DNA from: Bacteroidia bacterium
Lineage (GTDB): Bacteria > Bacteroidota > Bacteroidia > CAIKAF01
DNA length: 64,000 nucleotides
Assembly: GCA_016742095.1 (NCBI GenBank)
Contig: JACVCJ010000003.1
Span: 11,250-75,249 of the forward strand
Reading direction: 5' to 3'
In this document: positions 18,621-29,102 of the stretch, piece by piece
Layout: each line of letters begins with the position of its first letter
Position numbering within the stretch: position 1 is the stretch's first letter
The notes under the pieces: generated by a model
What the model saw: only the letters and a program-made list of their open reading frames with translations
Database searches by the model: none
What the model was told of the DNA's origin: nothing
Program-made: the position numbers and the translations under genes

Positions 18621-18985
18621 GCAAATGTAAATATTAGTCCGAAAGTCCGGAGTATCGGGTCCGGCAAATAAAATAGTCCGGTGTCTGTAGTCCGGAAGTC
18701 CGGCTATTGACGGTTATTTACCTATTGTTTCTGCTATATCATTTTCTGCGGACTCCGGACTTTCGGACTTCAGACTCGCTAAAAAGCACGCAGAACCTCC
18801 CGTTTTCACAAAAAAGGAGTCTGGTGTCCATAGTCAGGCAGTCCGGCTATTGACGGTTATTTACCTATTGTTTCTATCCGCAGGACTACTAAACCCATCC
18901 GCATCATTTTCTGCGGACTCCGGACTTTCGGACTCCGGACTCGCCAAAAAGCACGCAAAACCTTCCGTTTTCACTAAAAAAATGC
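18621..18985. repeat. intergenic complex repeat: two tandem direct repeats (~143 and ~166 bp) plus an 18-bp inverted repeat
   Basis: Copy A 18675-18817 and copy B 18818-18983 share AGTCCGGCTATTGACGGTTATTTACCTATTGTTTCT and CATCATTTTCTGCGGACTCCGGACTTTCGGACT...AAAAAGCACGCA. AGTCCGAAAGTCCGGAGT (18636-18653) is the reverse complement of ACTCCGGACTTTCGGACT (18752-18769, 18917-18934). Confidence 0.7.
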
Positions 18986-19042
18986 ACTTTTTGAGGCCAT
19001 TTTGAAAAATTACCTACTTTTACGCCCTAAATCTTTTCATTT

Positions 19043-19528
19043 ATGGATTTGAAAGAAATACAAGACTTGATAAAATTCGTTGCCAAAAGTGGAGTTAACG
19101 AAGTAGAGCTGGAGACGGACGGTGTTAAGATCGTTATCAAGACCGGTGCTACAAAAATAGAGACCATTGCTGTACAGGCCCCTGCACCCGTAATAGCTGC
19201 CGCTCCCGTTGCCGCTGCTCCTGCTGTTGCCGCTCCTGCCCAGGCTGCCGCAACGCCGGCCGCCGCTCCCGCTGCCGACACCAGCAAGTACGTAGAGATC
19301 AAGTCGCCCATGGTAGGCACTTTCTATCGTCGTCCTTCTCCCGATAAAGACCTGTTCGTGAACATCGGGGACGACATTAAGAAAGGCGACGTGGTTTGTA
19401 TGATCGAAGCCATGAAACTGTTTAATGAGATCGAAAGCGAGATCAACGGACGTATCGTAAAAGTACTCGTTGACGATGCCACCCCGGTAGAATACGATCA
19501 GCCGCTGTTCCTGGTTGAACCGGCCTAA
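19043..19528 (+). CDS. accB: acetyl-CoA carboxylase biotin carboxyl carrier protein
   Basis: Ala/Pro-rich linker followed by the biotinyl motif [15 protein letters not shown]. Confidence 0.9.
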   Translation: MDLKEIQDLIKFVAKSGVNEVELETDGVKIVIKTGATKIETIAVQAPAPVIAAAPVAAAPAVAAPAQAAATPAAAPAADTSKYVEIKSPMVGTFYRRPSPDKDLFVNIGDDIKKGDVVCMIEAMKLFNEIESEINGRIVKVLVDDATPVEYDQPLFLVEPA

Positions 19529-19592
19529 TACGCATTTACATTTCAGATCATTCATTATCAGGCCGGGAATACCCGGTTAAAAAACATAGGGT

Positions 19593-20930
19593 ATGTTTAA
19601 AAAAGTACTGATTGCCAACAGGGGCGAGATCGCCCTCCGTGTAATACGCACCTGTAAAGAAATGGGTATCAAGACCGTTGCCGTATATTCGACGGCCGAC
19701 AAAGACAGTCTGCACGTACGCTTCGCCGACGAGGCCGTGTGCATCGGTCCGCCCGCAGGTAAAGACTCCTATCTTAAAATTGCCAATATTATTTCCGTTG
19801 CCGAGCTCACCAATGCCGATGCCATTCACCCGGGATACGGCTTTTTGAGCGAGAACAGCGTTTTTTCGAAGACCTGCGCACAGCACGGGATCAAATTCAT
19901 AGGTCCGAGCCCCGAAATGATCGACAGCATGGGCGATAAAGCCTCTGCCAAAGCGACCATGAAAGCGGCCGGCGTACCTACCATCCCGGGTTCCGAAGGA
20001 CTCATCGACGACCTGAAAGCGGCCCGCAAGATCGCCAAAGAGATCGGCTACCCCGTTATCATCAAGGCTACGGCCGGCGGTGGCGGTAAAGGTATGCGCG
20101 TGATCTGGGACGAAGAAAGCCTGGAAAAAAGCTGGGATACCGCCCGCAACGAGGCCGCAGCGGCTTTCGGCAACGACGGTATGTACATGGAGAAATTCAT
20201 CGAGGACCCGCGTCACATCGAGATACAGGTTGCCGGCGACCAGTTCGGACACGCCTGTCACCTCAGCGAACGCGACTGTTCTATCCAGCGCCGTCACCAG
20301 AAACTGGTTGAGGAAACCCCTTCACCGTTCATGACCGACGAACTGCGAGAAGCCATGGGTGAAGCCGCTATCAAAGCCTGTGAGGCCATCCGTTACGAAG
20401 GCGTGGGTACCATCGAATTCCTGGTAGACAAGCACCGCAACTTCTACTTTATGGAGATGAACACCCGTATCCAGGTTGAACACCCGATCACGGAAGAAGT
20501 GACCAATTTCGACCTGATCAAGGAACAGATCAAGATCGCCATGGGCGAAAAAATATCCGGGAAGAACTATTACCCGCAGATGTGTGCCATCGAATGCCGC
20601 ATCAATGCCGAAGATCCCTATGCGGATTTCCGTCCTTCACCGGGTAAGATCACCAGTTTTCATTCCCCCGGCGGACACGGCGTGCGCGTGGACACACACG
20701 TATACGCCAGTTACGTGATACCGCCATATTACGACAGTATGATCGCCAAACTGATCACCGTGGCCCAGACCCGCGAAGAAGCCATCGACAAGATGAGCCG
20801 CGCCCTGGACGAGTTCGTGATCGAAGGCATCAAGACCACCATCCCCTTCCACCAGCAGCTGATGAAGGACGAACGCTTCCGGAAGGGTGAATACACCACC
20901 AAATTCCTCGAAGATTTCAAACTGAAATAA
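19593..20930 (+). CDS. accC: acetyl-CoA carboxylase biotin carboxylase subunit
   Basis: [21 protein letters not shown]...; ATP-grasp domain; 445 aa. Confidence 0.95.
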   Translation: MFKKVLIANRGEIALRVIRTCKEMGIKTVAVYSTADKDSLHVRFADEAVCIGPPAGKDSYLKIANIISVAELTNADAIHPGYGFLSENSVFSKTCAQHGIKFIGPSPEMIDSMGDKASAKATMKAAGVPTIPGSEGLIDDLKAARKIAKEIGYPVIIKATAGGGGKGMRVIWDEESLEKSWDTARNEAAAAFGNDGMYMEKFIEDPRHIEIQVAGDQFGHACHLSERDCSIQRRHQKLVEETPSPFMTDELREAMGEAAIKACEAIRYEGVGTIEFLVDKHRNFYFMEMNTRIQVEHPITEEVTNFDLIKEQIKIAMGEKISGKNYYPQMCAIECRINAEDPYADFRPSPGKITSFHSPGGHGVRVDTHVYASYVIPPYYDSMIAKLITVAQTREEAIDKMSRALDEFVIEGIKTTIPFHQQLMKDERFRKGEYTTKFLEDFKLK

Positions 20931-20935
20931 TACAG

Positions 20936-20964
20936 AAAGCCCCGCCCGAAGCGGGGTTTTTTTA
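20936..20964 (+). terminator. rho-independent terminator after accC
   Basis: CCCCGC-CCGAA-GCGGGG hairpin followed by TTTTTTT. Confidence 0.7.
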
Positions 20965-21059
20965 TGCGCCGGCACGGCCTCTTTTTTTTCACAATTTACC
21001 GCTGCATTGTGCCTTTGTGCCCCTAAAATGTATATTTACCCAAAAAATTACATTCAGGA

Positions 21060-21938
21060 ATGATTGCATACGTATTTCCCGGACAGGGATCTCAGTTCAG
21101 CGGTATGGGTAAGAACCTGTACGACACTAATGAACAGGCCCGTGCGCTGTTTGAGCAGGCCAATGAAATTCTGGGCTTCCGCATTACCGACATTATGTTC
21201 AGCGGCAGCGACGAAGAGCTGAAGCAGACCCGCGTAACCCAGCCGGCTGTTTTCCTGCACAGCGTCATCAATTACCTGTCGGCGGCCGAACGCCGTCCTG
21301 CCGGTATGACCGCCGGGCACTCCCTGGGCGAATTTTCGGCCCTGGTGGCCAATGGCTGTCTTGAATTTACCGACGCCCTGCAACTGGTATACAAACGCGC
21401 CATGGCCATGCAGAAAGCCTGTGAGATAACACCGTCGACCATGGCCGCCGTACTGGGTATGGAAGATGCCCGCGTGGAAGAGATCTGCCGCAGCATTACC
21501 GACGATGTGGTAGTGGCCGCCAATTACAACTGCCCGGGGCAGCTGGTGATCTCCGGCACCGTGGACGCCGTGAACCGCGCCTGCGAACTGCTGAAGGCCG
21601 CCGGAGCCAAAAGAGCGCTGGTACTGCCCGTGGGTGGAGCCTTTCACTCGCCCCTGATGGAACCCGCACGCGTAGAACTGGAAGCCGCCATCAACCAGAC
21701 CCGTTTCAGTGAACCGGTATGTCCTGTGTTTCAGAATGCTACGGCCGAAGCTGCAACAAATCCGGAAATTATCCGTAAAAACCTGGTAGACCAGCTCACG
21801 GCTCCCGTAAAATGGACACAGTCCGTGCAGAACATGATCAGCGCCGGCGCCACCGAATTTATCGAAAGCGGACCGGGCAATGTGCTGCAGGGCCTGGTGA
21901 AAAAAATAAACAACGGCGTTACGACCGCCTCTTTGTAA
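21060..21938 (+). CDS. fabD: ACP S-malonyltransferase
   Basis: FPGQGSQFSGMG...GHSLGEFSALVANG motifs. Confidence 0.9.
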   Translation: MIAYVFPGQGSQFSGMGKNLYDTNEQARALFEQANEILGFRITDIMFSGSDEELKQTRVTQPAVFLHSVINYLSAAERRPAGMTAGHSLGEFSALVANGCLEFTDALQLVYKRAMAMQKACEITPSTMAAVLGMEDARVEEICRSITDDVVVAANYNCPGQLVISGTVDAVNRACELLKAAGAKRALVLPVGGAFHSPLMEPARVELEAAINQTRFSEPVCPVFQNATAEAATNPEIIRKNLVDQLTAPVKWTQSVQNMISAGATEFIESGPGNVLQGLVKKINNGVTTASL

Positions 21939-21944
21939 ACTCTT

Positions 21945-22682
21945 ATGCAGAAACGTATCTGTCTGATATTGGTACTACTTATATGTTCACTGAACACAGC
22001 GGTCCGGGCTCAGACAGATACGTCCGCCACCGGCGGCAAAAAGCCCCGCGAAAAAAAACCGAAAGAAAAGGTAAGACCGCTGCGGAATCTCAAAGACACC
22101 ATTTCGACACGTTACGATTTCAAATGGGATAAAGAAGTACGCAAGAACGCCATTCGGGTCAATCCCGTTTCGGCCTTTGTACTGATCGGCAATGTGGATT
22201 ATGAACGGTATATTTCGCCCCTGGTCTCTGTGAACATCAACGGCTTTTTCGGCAGTAACCGTATCTATACCGATGTAAGCGGCCGGATCTATCCCACCAA
22301 TTTCATGACGGCGGGCGGGATCCTCGAATTCCGCTTTTATCCCTGGAAAAAGGCCCTGCGCGGCTTTTACGTGGCCCCTTACCTGCAGTATCATTTCTAC
22401 CGCCTTATTTCCACCTACGAAGATTCCTACGATCCGGTAACGCAGAACGCGAGCGTAAGCCGCCACAAGGCTCAGATACACATGGGCGCAGCCGGGGGTG
22501 TGGCCGGTTACCAGTGGATACTCGGCAACTGGTTCGCCATCAATATTTTTGCCGGAGCGGGTTATAACTATTACCAGTGGAATACCATGGGCAGCCCGCA
22601 GGACCGTTTCACCACCAGATCGCTGGGCGTGATCCCCTACGATATCCGGGGTGGCCTCAGCATCGGCATTGCCGTTAAATAA
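21945..22682 (+). CDS. DUF3575-like outer-membrane beta-barrel protein (hypothetical)
   Basis: Signal peptide MQKRICLILVLLICSLNTAVRAQ. Beta-barrel-like composition. Confidence 0.65.
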   Translation: MQKRICLILVLLICSLNTAVRAQTDTSATGGKKPREKKPKEKVRPLRNLKDTISTRYDFKWDKEVRKNAIRVNPVSAFVLIGNVDYERYISPLVSVNINGFFGSNRIYTDVSGRIYPTNFMTAGGILEFRFYPWKKALRGFYVAPYLQYHFYRLISTYEDSYDPVTQNASVSRHKAQIHMGAAGGVAGYQWILGNWFAINIFAGAGYNYYQWNTMGSPQDRFTTRSLGVIPYDIRGGLSIGIAVK

Positions 22683-22769
22683 ACGCGGTGCTATAGCTAT
22701 TTAGCGCATTTAATCCGCTTTCCCGTCTTTTTGTATATACCTTCGTGCCGGAATTTCCGGGTAAGGTTC

Positions 22770-23672
22770 ATGAATTCATTTATACTGATAGCCGTTTGTA
22801 TCGGGGCAGGTTACCTGCTCAGGCGCTCGGGTACGCTCCCCCGCGACCTGCATAAAGGCATCAATACCTGGATCATTTACCTGGCTCTGCCGGCCGTATC
22901 CTTTAAATACCTGCCCGGCATTACCTGGAGCCGCGAAATGCTGATCCCCGCCCTGGCACCGCTCATCGTCTTCGGCGGAGGGGTATTGTTCGGCGCCTGG
23001 TACGGCCGCTTCCGCAAACTGGACAAACCCACGACCACCGGACTGCAACTGGCCGCCGGACTCTGCAATACGTCTTTTGTCGGTTTCCCGCTCATTATGG
23101 CCTATTTCGGCGAAGATAAACTGCCCGTGGCCGTGATCTGCGACCAGGTCACCTTCCTTATTTTTTCGGTCTTCGGTATTACGCTGGCCGTGCGGGGTTC
23201 GGGCTCCCACTCGCTTTCCCTGCCAATGCTGCTGCGCAAGGTAGCCGCTTTTCCGCCGCTGATCGGTTGTGCGGCCGCCCTCAGTTTGCCTGCACTTATA
23301 GACATTACGCCGCTGAACCCGCTTTTTAACACCCTGGCCGGCACCGTAGCGCCCCTGGCATTGTTCTCCATCGGGCTGCAGCTTAATTTTGAAGGCTGGC
23401 GCAGGGACATTCGCCCGATGTCGGCCGTTCTTTCCTACAAACTGTTACTGGCCCCGGCCCTCATCTACGCCGTATGTCTGCTGCTGACCGACAATATCAA
23501 AGATCCCGTGCCACAGATCGCCGTTTTTGAATCGGCCATGCCCGTACTGCTTTCGCTCAGCATCGTAGCCGACGAATACCGTTTGAATCCCACGCTCATC
23601 AACCGGCTTATCGGCATCAGTATCCTGGTCTCCTTTGTTACCTCGGCGGGCTGGTGGCTTGTACTGCGATAA
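22770..23672 (+). CDS. AEC (auxin efflux carrier) family transporter
   Basis: Start at ATG 22770 (MNSFILIAV...). About 10 TM helices. Confidence 0.8.
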   Translation: MNSFILIAVCIGAGYLLRRSGTLPRDLHKGINTWIIYLALPAVSFKYLPGITWSREMLIPALAPLIVFGGGVLFGAWYGRFRKLDKPTTTGLQLAAGLCNTSFVGFPLIMAYFGEDKLPVAVICDQVTFLIFSVFGITLAVRGSGSHSLSLPMLLRKVAAFPPLIGCAAALSLPALIDITPLNPLFNTLAGTVAPLALFSIGLQLNFEGWRRDIRPMSAVLSYKLLLAPALIYAVCLLLTDNIKDPVPQIAVFESAMPVLLSLSIVADEYRLNPTLINRLIGISILVSFVTSAGWWLVLR

Positions 23673-23727
23673 AAAAAACCTGCCCCAAAGCGGAACAGGC
23701 TTTCAGTAAACCTATATCTATTTCGTT

Positions 23728-25302
23728 TTAGTTGTGCGCAAAGGCAAAGGGCTTTTCGCGGGACTGGTCCCTGTCCTTACCGATACCGTAAAGTTCCGCA
23801 AAGTCGCGGTTCTCATTGGTCTGTGTACGTTTATAGAACATTTCCGGGCGCAGGTCCGTAATGTCCTCGCAGCCGCAGGAACCGATAAAGTCGGCCAGGG
23901 CCTTCATGGTATTCTTGTGAAAATTGGCTACGCGCACGCTCTTATCGGTAATGTCGATCCCTTTGTACAGGGCTTTTTCCTGGGTAGCGATACCCACGGG
24001 ACATTTACCGCTGTCGCATTTCAGGGCCTGGATACAACCCAGGGAGAACATCATACCGCGGGCGCTGTAACAGGCGTCGGCGCCCAGGGCCAGGGTACGG
24101 GCAATATCAAAGGCCGTGATCACCTTGCCGGATGCCAGGATACGGATCTGGTTGCGGATACCGGCCTCGCTAAGCGTTTTGTTCACGAAGACCAGGGCAT
24201 CGTTGAGGGCCATACCCATGTGGTCGATGAATTCGAGCGGAGCGGCCCCGGTACCGCCTTCGGCACCGTCAACCGTAATAAAATCAGGGTAAATGCCCGT
24301 GGTACGCATGGCATCCACGATATCCGTAAATTCACTGCGGCGGCCGATACACAGCTTAAAGCCTACCGGTTTGCCCCCGGAAAGCTCGCGCAGTTTACCG
24401 ATAAAATAGGTAAGTTCCACGGGATTGCTGAAGGCGCTGTGTGCCGAGGGGGAATGCACCGTAGTATAGGGCTCGATACTACGTATTTTGGCAATTTCGG
24501 GCGTATTTTTCTCCGCCGGCAGCAGCCCCCCGTGACCGGGTTTGGCTCCCTGCGAAAGTTTCAGTTCGATCATTTTAACCTGCGGCATGGCAGAGCGTTC
24601 GGCAAAAAGTACTTCGCTGAAACGACCGTCGGGCTGGCGGCAGCCGAAATAGCCCGTACCGATCTGCCAGATAACGTCGGCCCCCTGCAGGTGGTAATCA
24701 CTGATACCACCTTCGCCCGTGTTATGCGCAAAGCCGCCTTCCTTGGCGCCTTTGTTCAGCGAACTGATGGCCGTTTTACTCAGGGCTCCGTAACTCATGG
24801 CCCCGATGTTCAGAATACTGGCATGGTACGGCTGTTTGCACTGGTCGTTACCGATCATTACGCGGAATTTGGTGTAGTCGGCCTGTTTGGGATACACGGA
24901 ATGCGCCGCCCACTCGTAGCCGATGCGGTTCGGATCGTCCTGCATACCAAAAGAAATGGTCTGTTTCTCGTTCTTGGCACGCTGGTACACAATAGAACGC
25001 TGACGGCGGTTGAACGGTTTACCGTCCAGTTCGCCCTCGAAAAAGTACTGGCGCAGTTCGGGACGTACCGATTCGAACAGGTAACGCAGGCGCCCTACCA
25101 GGGGATAGTTCTTGCGGATAGCGTGCTTGTTCTGGAAGGTGTCGAACGCCACCAGGCCCAGCAGCACCAGGGGAACAAAAAGCCAGATCTGCGAAATGGC
25201 GTGTATGGCTACCAGCAGGCTGAAACCGGCCAGCAGTGCAAAACTGAAACCCCAGACCAGGAGAAAAGGACCGACCGGGATGTGCGTTTTATTCTTACTC
25301 AT
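23728..25302 (-). CDS. FMN-binding glutamate synthase family protein
   Basis: Two N-terminal TM helices plus a GltS FMN domain (GAMSYGALS..., DGAEGGTGAAP, ASGKVIT). Start chosen at MSKNKTHIP. Confidence 0.85.
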   Translation of the reverse strand: MSKNKTHIPVGPFLLVWGFSFALLAGFSLLVAIHAISQIWLFVPLVLLGLVAFDTFQNKHAIRKNYPLVGRLRYLFESVRPELRQYFFEGELDGKPFNRRQRSIVYQRAKNEKQTISFGMQDDPNRIGYEWAAHSVYPKQADYTKFRVMIGNDQCKQPYHASILNIGAMSYGALSKTAISSLNKGAKEGGFAHNTGEGGISDYHLQGADVIWQIGTGYFGCRQPDGRFSEVLFAERSAMPQVKMIELKLSQGAKPGHGGLLPAEKNTPEIAKIRSIEPYTTVHSPSAHSAFSNPVELTYFIGKLRELSGGKPVGFKLCIGRRSEFTDIVDAMRTTGIYPDFITVDGAEGGTGAAPLEFIDHMGMALNDALVFVNKTLSEAGIRNQIRILASGKVITAFDIARTLALGADACYSARGMMFSLGCIQALKCDSGKCPVGIATQEKALYKGIDITDKSVRVANFHKNTMKALADFIGSCGCEDITDLRPEMFYKRTQTNENRDFAELYGIGKDRDQSREKPFAFAHN

Positions 25303-25676
25303 CTTCGAATAAATTGACAATTATATATATGCGTTTTTAAAAATGATCTGCAACAAAACATCCGTATACAAAATACGGCGCTGCGTAAATGCCTGGTATT
25401 CTTCCCCCGTGAAAGAAAAACGGGGGATTAATGGATAAAGGCTTTATTATTTGAAAGGAAAATAACAGTCCATTTGTGACGATGCCCCGGGGTAAATGAG
25501 GCGTGCAGGAACTTAAAAGACGGCAGATTCATCATCTAAACCAGAATGATAATTACGGCACAAAGGTAATGCAAGATTTATGAACCCGCAAGGAAATTAA
25601 GACTATTTCACGCAGAGGGTACTACGAAAAAAGGGATTCTCCTTACGAAGAACCCCTTTTATACAGCGAAACAACA

Positions 25677-26312
25677 TTACAGGTTCGGTTGAGGCGTAAG
25701 CCGCAGATAGGGCTTTACCTCGGTGTATCCCTTGGGAAAACGGCCGGGGATATCGGCTGTGGGGATGGACGGTACCACCACCACGTCTTCGCCCTGCTTC
25801 CAGTCGGCAGGCGTAGCTACGCTATAATCCGCCGTAAGCTGCAGGCTGTCGATCACGCGCAGTACCTCGTCGAAATTGCGGCCGGTGCTGGCCGGGTAGG
25901 TAATGCTGAGCTTTACCTTTTTATCCGGACCGATCACAAACAACGAACGTACGGTAAATGTTTCCGAAGCATTCGGGTGGATCATGTCGTACAGGCCGGC
26001 CACCTCGCGGTTCTTGTCGGCAATGATCGGGAAGTTCACTTCCGTTTGCTGGGTCTCATTGATATCGTTTATCCAGCGTTTGTGCGAATCTACATCGTCC
26101 ACGCTCAGGGCCAGGGCCTTTACGTTACGTTTTTCGAACTCGCCCTTCAGCTTGGCCGTGCGACCCAGTTCCGTGGTGCAAACCGGCGTAAAATCGGCCG
26201 GGTGTGAAAACAGTACACCCCAGGAATCGCCCAGGTATTCGTGAAAACGGATCTCTCCCTCCGAGGACTCCGCCCTGAAATCGGGCGCTATATCTCCTAA
26301 TCGTAAACTCAT
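25677..26312 (-). CDS. peroxiredoxin (1-Cys, Prx6-type)
   Basis: HPADFTPVCTTELG active-site motif. Confidence 0.9.
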   Translation of the reverse strand: MSLRLGDIAPDFRAESSEGEIRFHEYLGDSWGVLFSHPADFTPVCTTELGRTAKLKGEFEKRNVKALALSVDDVDSHKRWINDINETQQTEVNFPIIADKNREVAGLYDMIHPNASETFTVRSLFVIGPDKKVKLSITYPASTGRNFDEVLRVIDSLQLTADYSVATPADWKQGEDVVVVPSIPTADIPGRFPKGYTEVKPYLRLTPQPNL

Positions 26313-26490
26313 ATAAGCGATAATTTTTAGTTTCTTTCTATTAGTCTACTTAATTAGTAGACTTTGCAAAAGTACCGATTAAATCCACACGGCAAAATAA
26401 TAATCCGCAAAATGCTTCAAAAAGCATCCTGCACGGAATTATCGCACTGATTTACAGAGTAAAAAAATAAAATGAGAAGGAAAGAGGCGC

Positions 26491-27552
26491 TTATTCTTCC
26501 TTATACTGCCGCCGGATGTAATCGCGGTAGGAACCATCACGTACATGGTCTGTCCAGGCCGTATTGGCCAGGTACCAGTCCACCGTTCTTTCCAGACCTT
26601 CCTCGAACGTTACCGTCGGTTCCCAGCCCAGTTCTGCTTTTATGCGCCCTGCATCGATGGCATACCGGTGGTCGTGCCCCGGACGGTCTGTCACAAACGT
26701 GATCAGCTGTTGCGATTCACCAGGCTCCCGGCCCAGCTTTCGGTCCATAATAGCGCAAAGCAGGCATATCAGGTCTATATTGCTCCACTCGTTAAAGCCG
26801 CCTACATTATAGCTTTCGCCGCGTTTTCCCTTATGAAACACCAAGTCGATGGCCCGGGCATGGTCAGGCGCGTATAGCCAGTCGCGTACATTTTCACCTT
26901 TCCCGTATACCGGTATCGGCTGTTTTTCCTGTATGCGCGTGATAGCGAGCGGAATAAGCTTTTCGGGGAAATGATTGGGCCCGTAATTATTACTGCAGTT
27001 CGTAATGACCACCGGGATCCTGTATGTATTGAAATACGCACGTACAAAATGGTCTGAAGCGGCTTTGCTGGCCGAGTACGGACTTTGCGGATCGTAGGGC
27101 GTACTTTCGGTAAAAAAGCCCTCATCGCCCAGGGAACCGAACACTTCGTCGGTACTTACATGGTGAAAACACACGTCCGTGCGGTCTTTCCAGTGTTTAC
27201 GGGCAGCTTCCAGCAGGGTGAAGGTACCCAGCACATTGGTCTGTATAAAGGCTTCGGGCCCTTCAATGCTGCGGTCTACATGACTTTCGGCAGCCAGGTG
27301 TATGAGTCCGTCCGGCGTATATTCCTCAAAAACGGCGTTCACGGCCGCTGCATCGCAGATATCGCCCTGTATAAAAACGTAATTGGGAGCGTTCTCTACA
27401 TCGCGCAGGTTCTCGGGATTGCCGGCATAGGTCAGCTTATCGAAATTGATGATACGGTAGTCGGGGTACGTGTTCACGAAGAGGCGCACCACATGCGAAC
27501 CGATAAAACCCGATCCGCCGGTAATGACAATATTTCTGCGATACGCATGCAT
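26491..27552 (-). CDS. rfbB: dTDP-glucose 4,6-dehydratase
   Basis: ITGGSGFIGSHVV..., YSASKAASD catalytic YxxxK. Confidence 0.9.
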   Translation of the reverse strand: MHAYRRNIVITGGSGFIGSHVVRLFVNTYPDYRIINFDKLTYAGNPENLRDVENAPNYVFIQGDICDAAAVNAVFEEYTPDGLIHLAAESHVDRSIEGPEAFIQTNVLGTFTLLEAARKHWKDRTDVCFHHVSTDEVFGSLGDEGFFTESTPYDPQSPYSASKAASDHFVRAYFNTYRIPVVITNCSNNYGPNHFPEKLIPLAITRIQEKQPIPVYGKGENVRDWLYAPDHARAIDLVFHKGKRGESYNVGGFNEWSNIDLICLLCAIMDRKLGREPGESQQLITFVTDRPGHDHRYAIDAGRIKAELGWEPTVTFEEGLERTVDWYLANTAWTDHVRDGSYRDYIRRQYKEE

Positions 27553-27553
27553 G

Positions 27554-28846
27554 TTATAAGCTCCAGTAATCGAAGGCGAATTTACTGCGGTACATGCCTT
27601 TCAGGTCGGCAAAAACACCATTTTCTGAAAGCAGCGCGGCAAAGTCGGCCTCTCCGAAATTTTTGTATTCATCGTGGGAAACGGCCAGCACCACGGCTTC
27701 GTAACGCCCGTCGGCAGCTGCGGCCAGGCGGCACTGGTATTCGTGTTCGAACTCCTGTGCATCGGCATACGGGTCGATGGCGTCCACTTTGAGGCCATAA
27801 CTCTCGAATTCCCGGATCACGTCGATCACTTTGGAATTGCGTATATCCGTCACATTTTCCTTGAACGTAACACCCATCACCAGCACACGCGACGATTTCA
27901 GCGACACATCCTTGGCAATGAGCCGTTTTACGATCTGGCGGGCCACATGCGCGCCCATATAGTCGTTGATCTCGCGGCCGCTGGTGATCACCTTGGCATG
28001 GTAACCCAGCTGGGTACTTTTGTGCGTAAGGTAATACGGATCTACCCCGATGCAGTGTCCGCCCACCAGTCCGGGCGTAAAACGCAGGAAGTTCCATTTG
28101 GTACCGGCGGCTTCGAGCACGTCGTAGGTATTGATGCCCATTTTGCTGAAGATCACCGAAAGTTCGTTCATCAGGGCAATGTTCAGGTCGCGCTGGGTAT
28201 TTTCAATAATTTTTGCGGCCTCGGCCGTTTTGATGCTGGCAGCGCGGTGTACACCGGCGTCCACCACCAGTTCATAGGTCTTCGCGATCTGCTCCAGGGA
28301 TTCCGGCGTATCGCCGCTCACCACCTTGATCACGCGGGCCAGGGTATGTTCCCGGTCGCCCGGGTTGATGCGTTCGGGAGAATATCCCACCGAAAAATCT
28401 TCTTTCCATTTCAATCCGCTGATGCGCTCCAGCACCGGGATGCAATCATCTTCGGTACAGCCGGGGTACACGGTGGATTCAAACACCACGTAGTCGCCTT
28501 TTTTCAGCACTTTACCCACAGTTTCACTGGCTTTCAGCAGGGGTGTAAGGTCGGGCAGGTTATGTGAATCGATCGGCGTGGGAACGGCCACCACAAAAAA
28601 GCGGGCCTCTCGCAGCACATCGAGCGAATCGGTAAATTCAATATCACAGTTCTCGAACTCCGAACTTTCGAGTTCATTACTGGGGTCGATCCCCTGGCGC
28701 ATCATTTCCACGCGGCGGGCATTGATATCGAACCCGATCACTTTTACTTTGCGGGCAAAGGCCAGTGCAATGGGCAAACCTACATATCCCAGGCCGATCA
28801 CGGCCAGTTTTGCTTCTTTACCTGTCAGCTGATCGTATATACTCAT
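27554..28846 (-). CDS. nucleotide-sugar dehydrogenase (UDP-GlcNAc/UDP-ManNAc 6-dehydrogenase; WbpA/TviB/WecC-like)
   Basis: LAVIGLGYVGLPIALAF Rossmann motif, catalytic-Cys region GGHCIGVDPYY. 1-nt gap to rfbB. Confidence 0.85.
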   Translation of the reverse strand: MSIYDQLTGKEAKLAVIGLGYVGLPIALAFARKVKVIGFDINARRVEMMRQGIDPSNELESSEFENCDIEFTDSLDVLREARFFVVAVPTPIDSHNLPDLTPLLKASETVGKVLKKGDYVVFESTVYPGCTEDDCIPVLERISGLKWKEDFSVGYSPERINPGDREHTLARVIKVVSGDTPESLEQIAKTYELVVDAGVHRAASIKTAEAAKIIENTQRDLNIALMNELSVIFSKMGINTYDVLEAAGTKWNFLRFTPGLVGGHCIGVDPYYLTHKSTQLGYHAKVITSGREINDYMGAHVARQIVKRLIAKDVSLKSSRVLVMGVTFKENVTDIRNSKVIDVIREFESYGLKVDAIDPYADAQEFEHEYQCRLAAAADGRYEAVVLAVSHDEYKNFGEADFAALLSENGVFADLKGMYRSKFAFDYWSL

Positions 28847-29102
28847 ATATGTTTTCTGCGGACCTTCCGCTTTTTGTCAAAATTTGAAAATCAGCTGCAA
28901 ATCTAATATCTCTTTTTAAAATGTACGATAAAGTTCCTGTTATATAACCGCTAAGACCATCCTTAGAGGCTGACTGTATTGCTTTTAGATACATTCACCC
29001 CGGCTTCCGGCTCATTCACCTTGTATTATAGTCTGTTCAAACGTCTTTTTTTTGAGTTTTGGCCTGATTTTCTTTGCTTTGTTGAACAAAACCTGCAACG
29101 CC

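Noticed and set aside
18617-18667. N-terminal extension of the EamA transporter ORF (MPDPILRTFGLIFTFAA…)
   Set aside because: The 18667 start is TTG. The extension is a translation of the AGTCCGAAAGTCCGGAGT intergenic repeat. ATG 18616 gives a normal TM-protein N-terminus.
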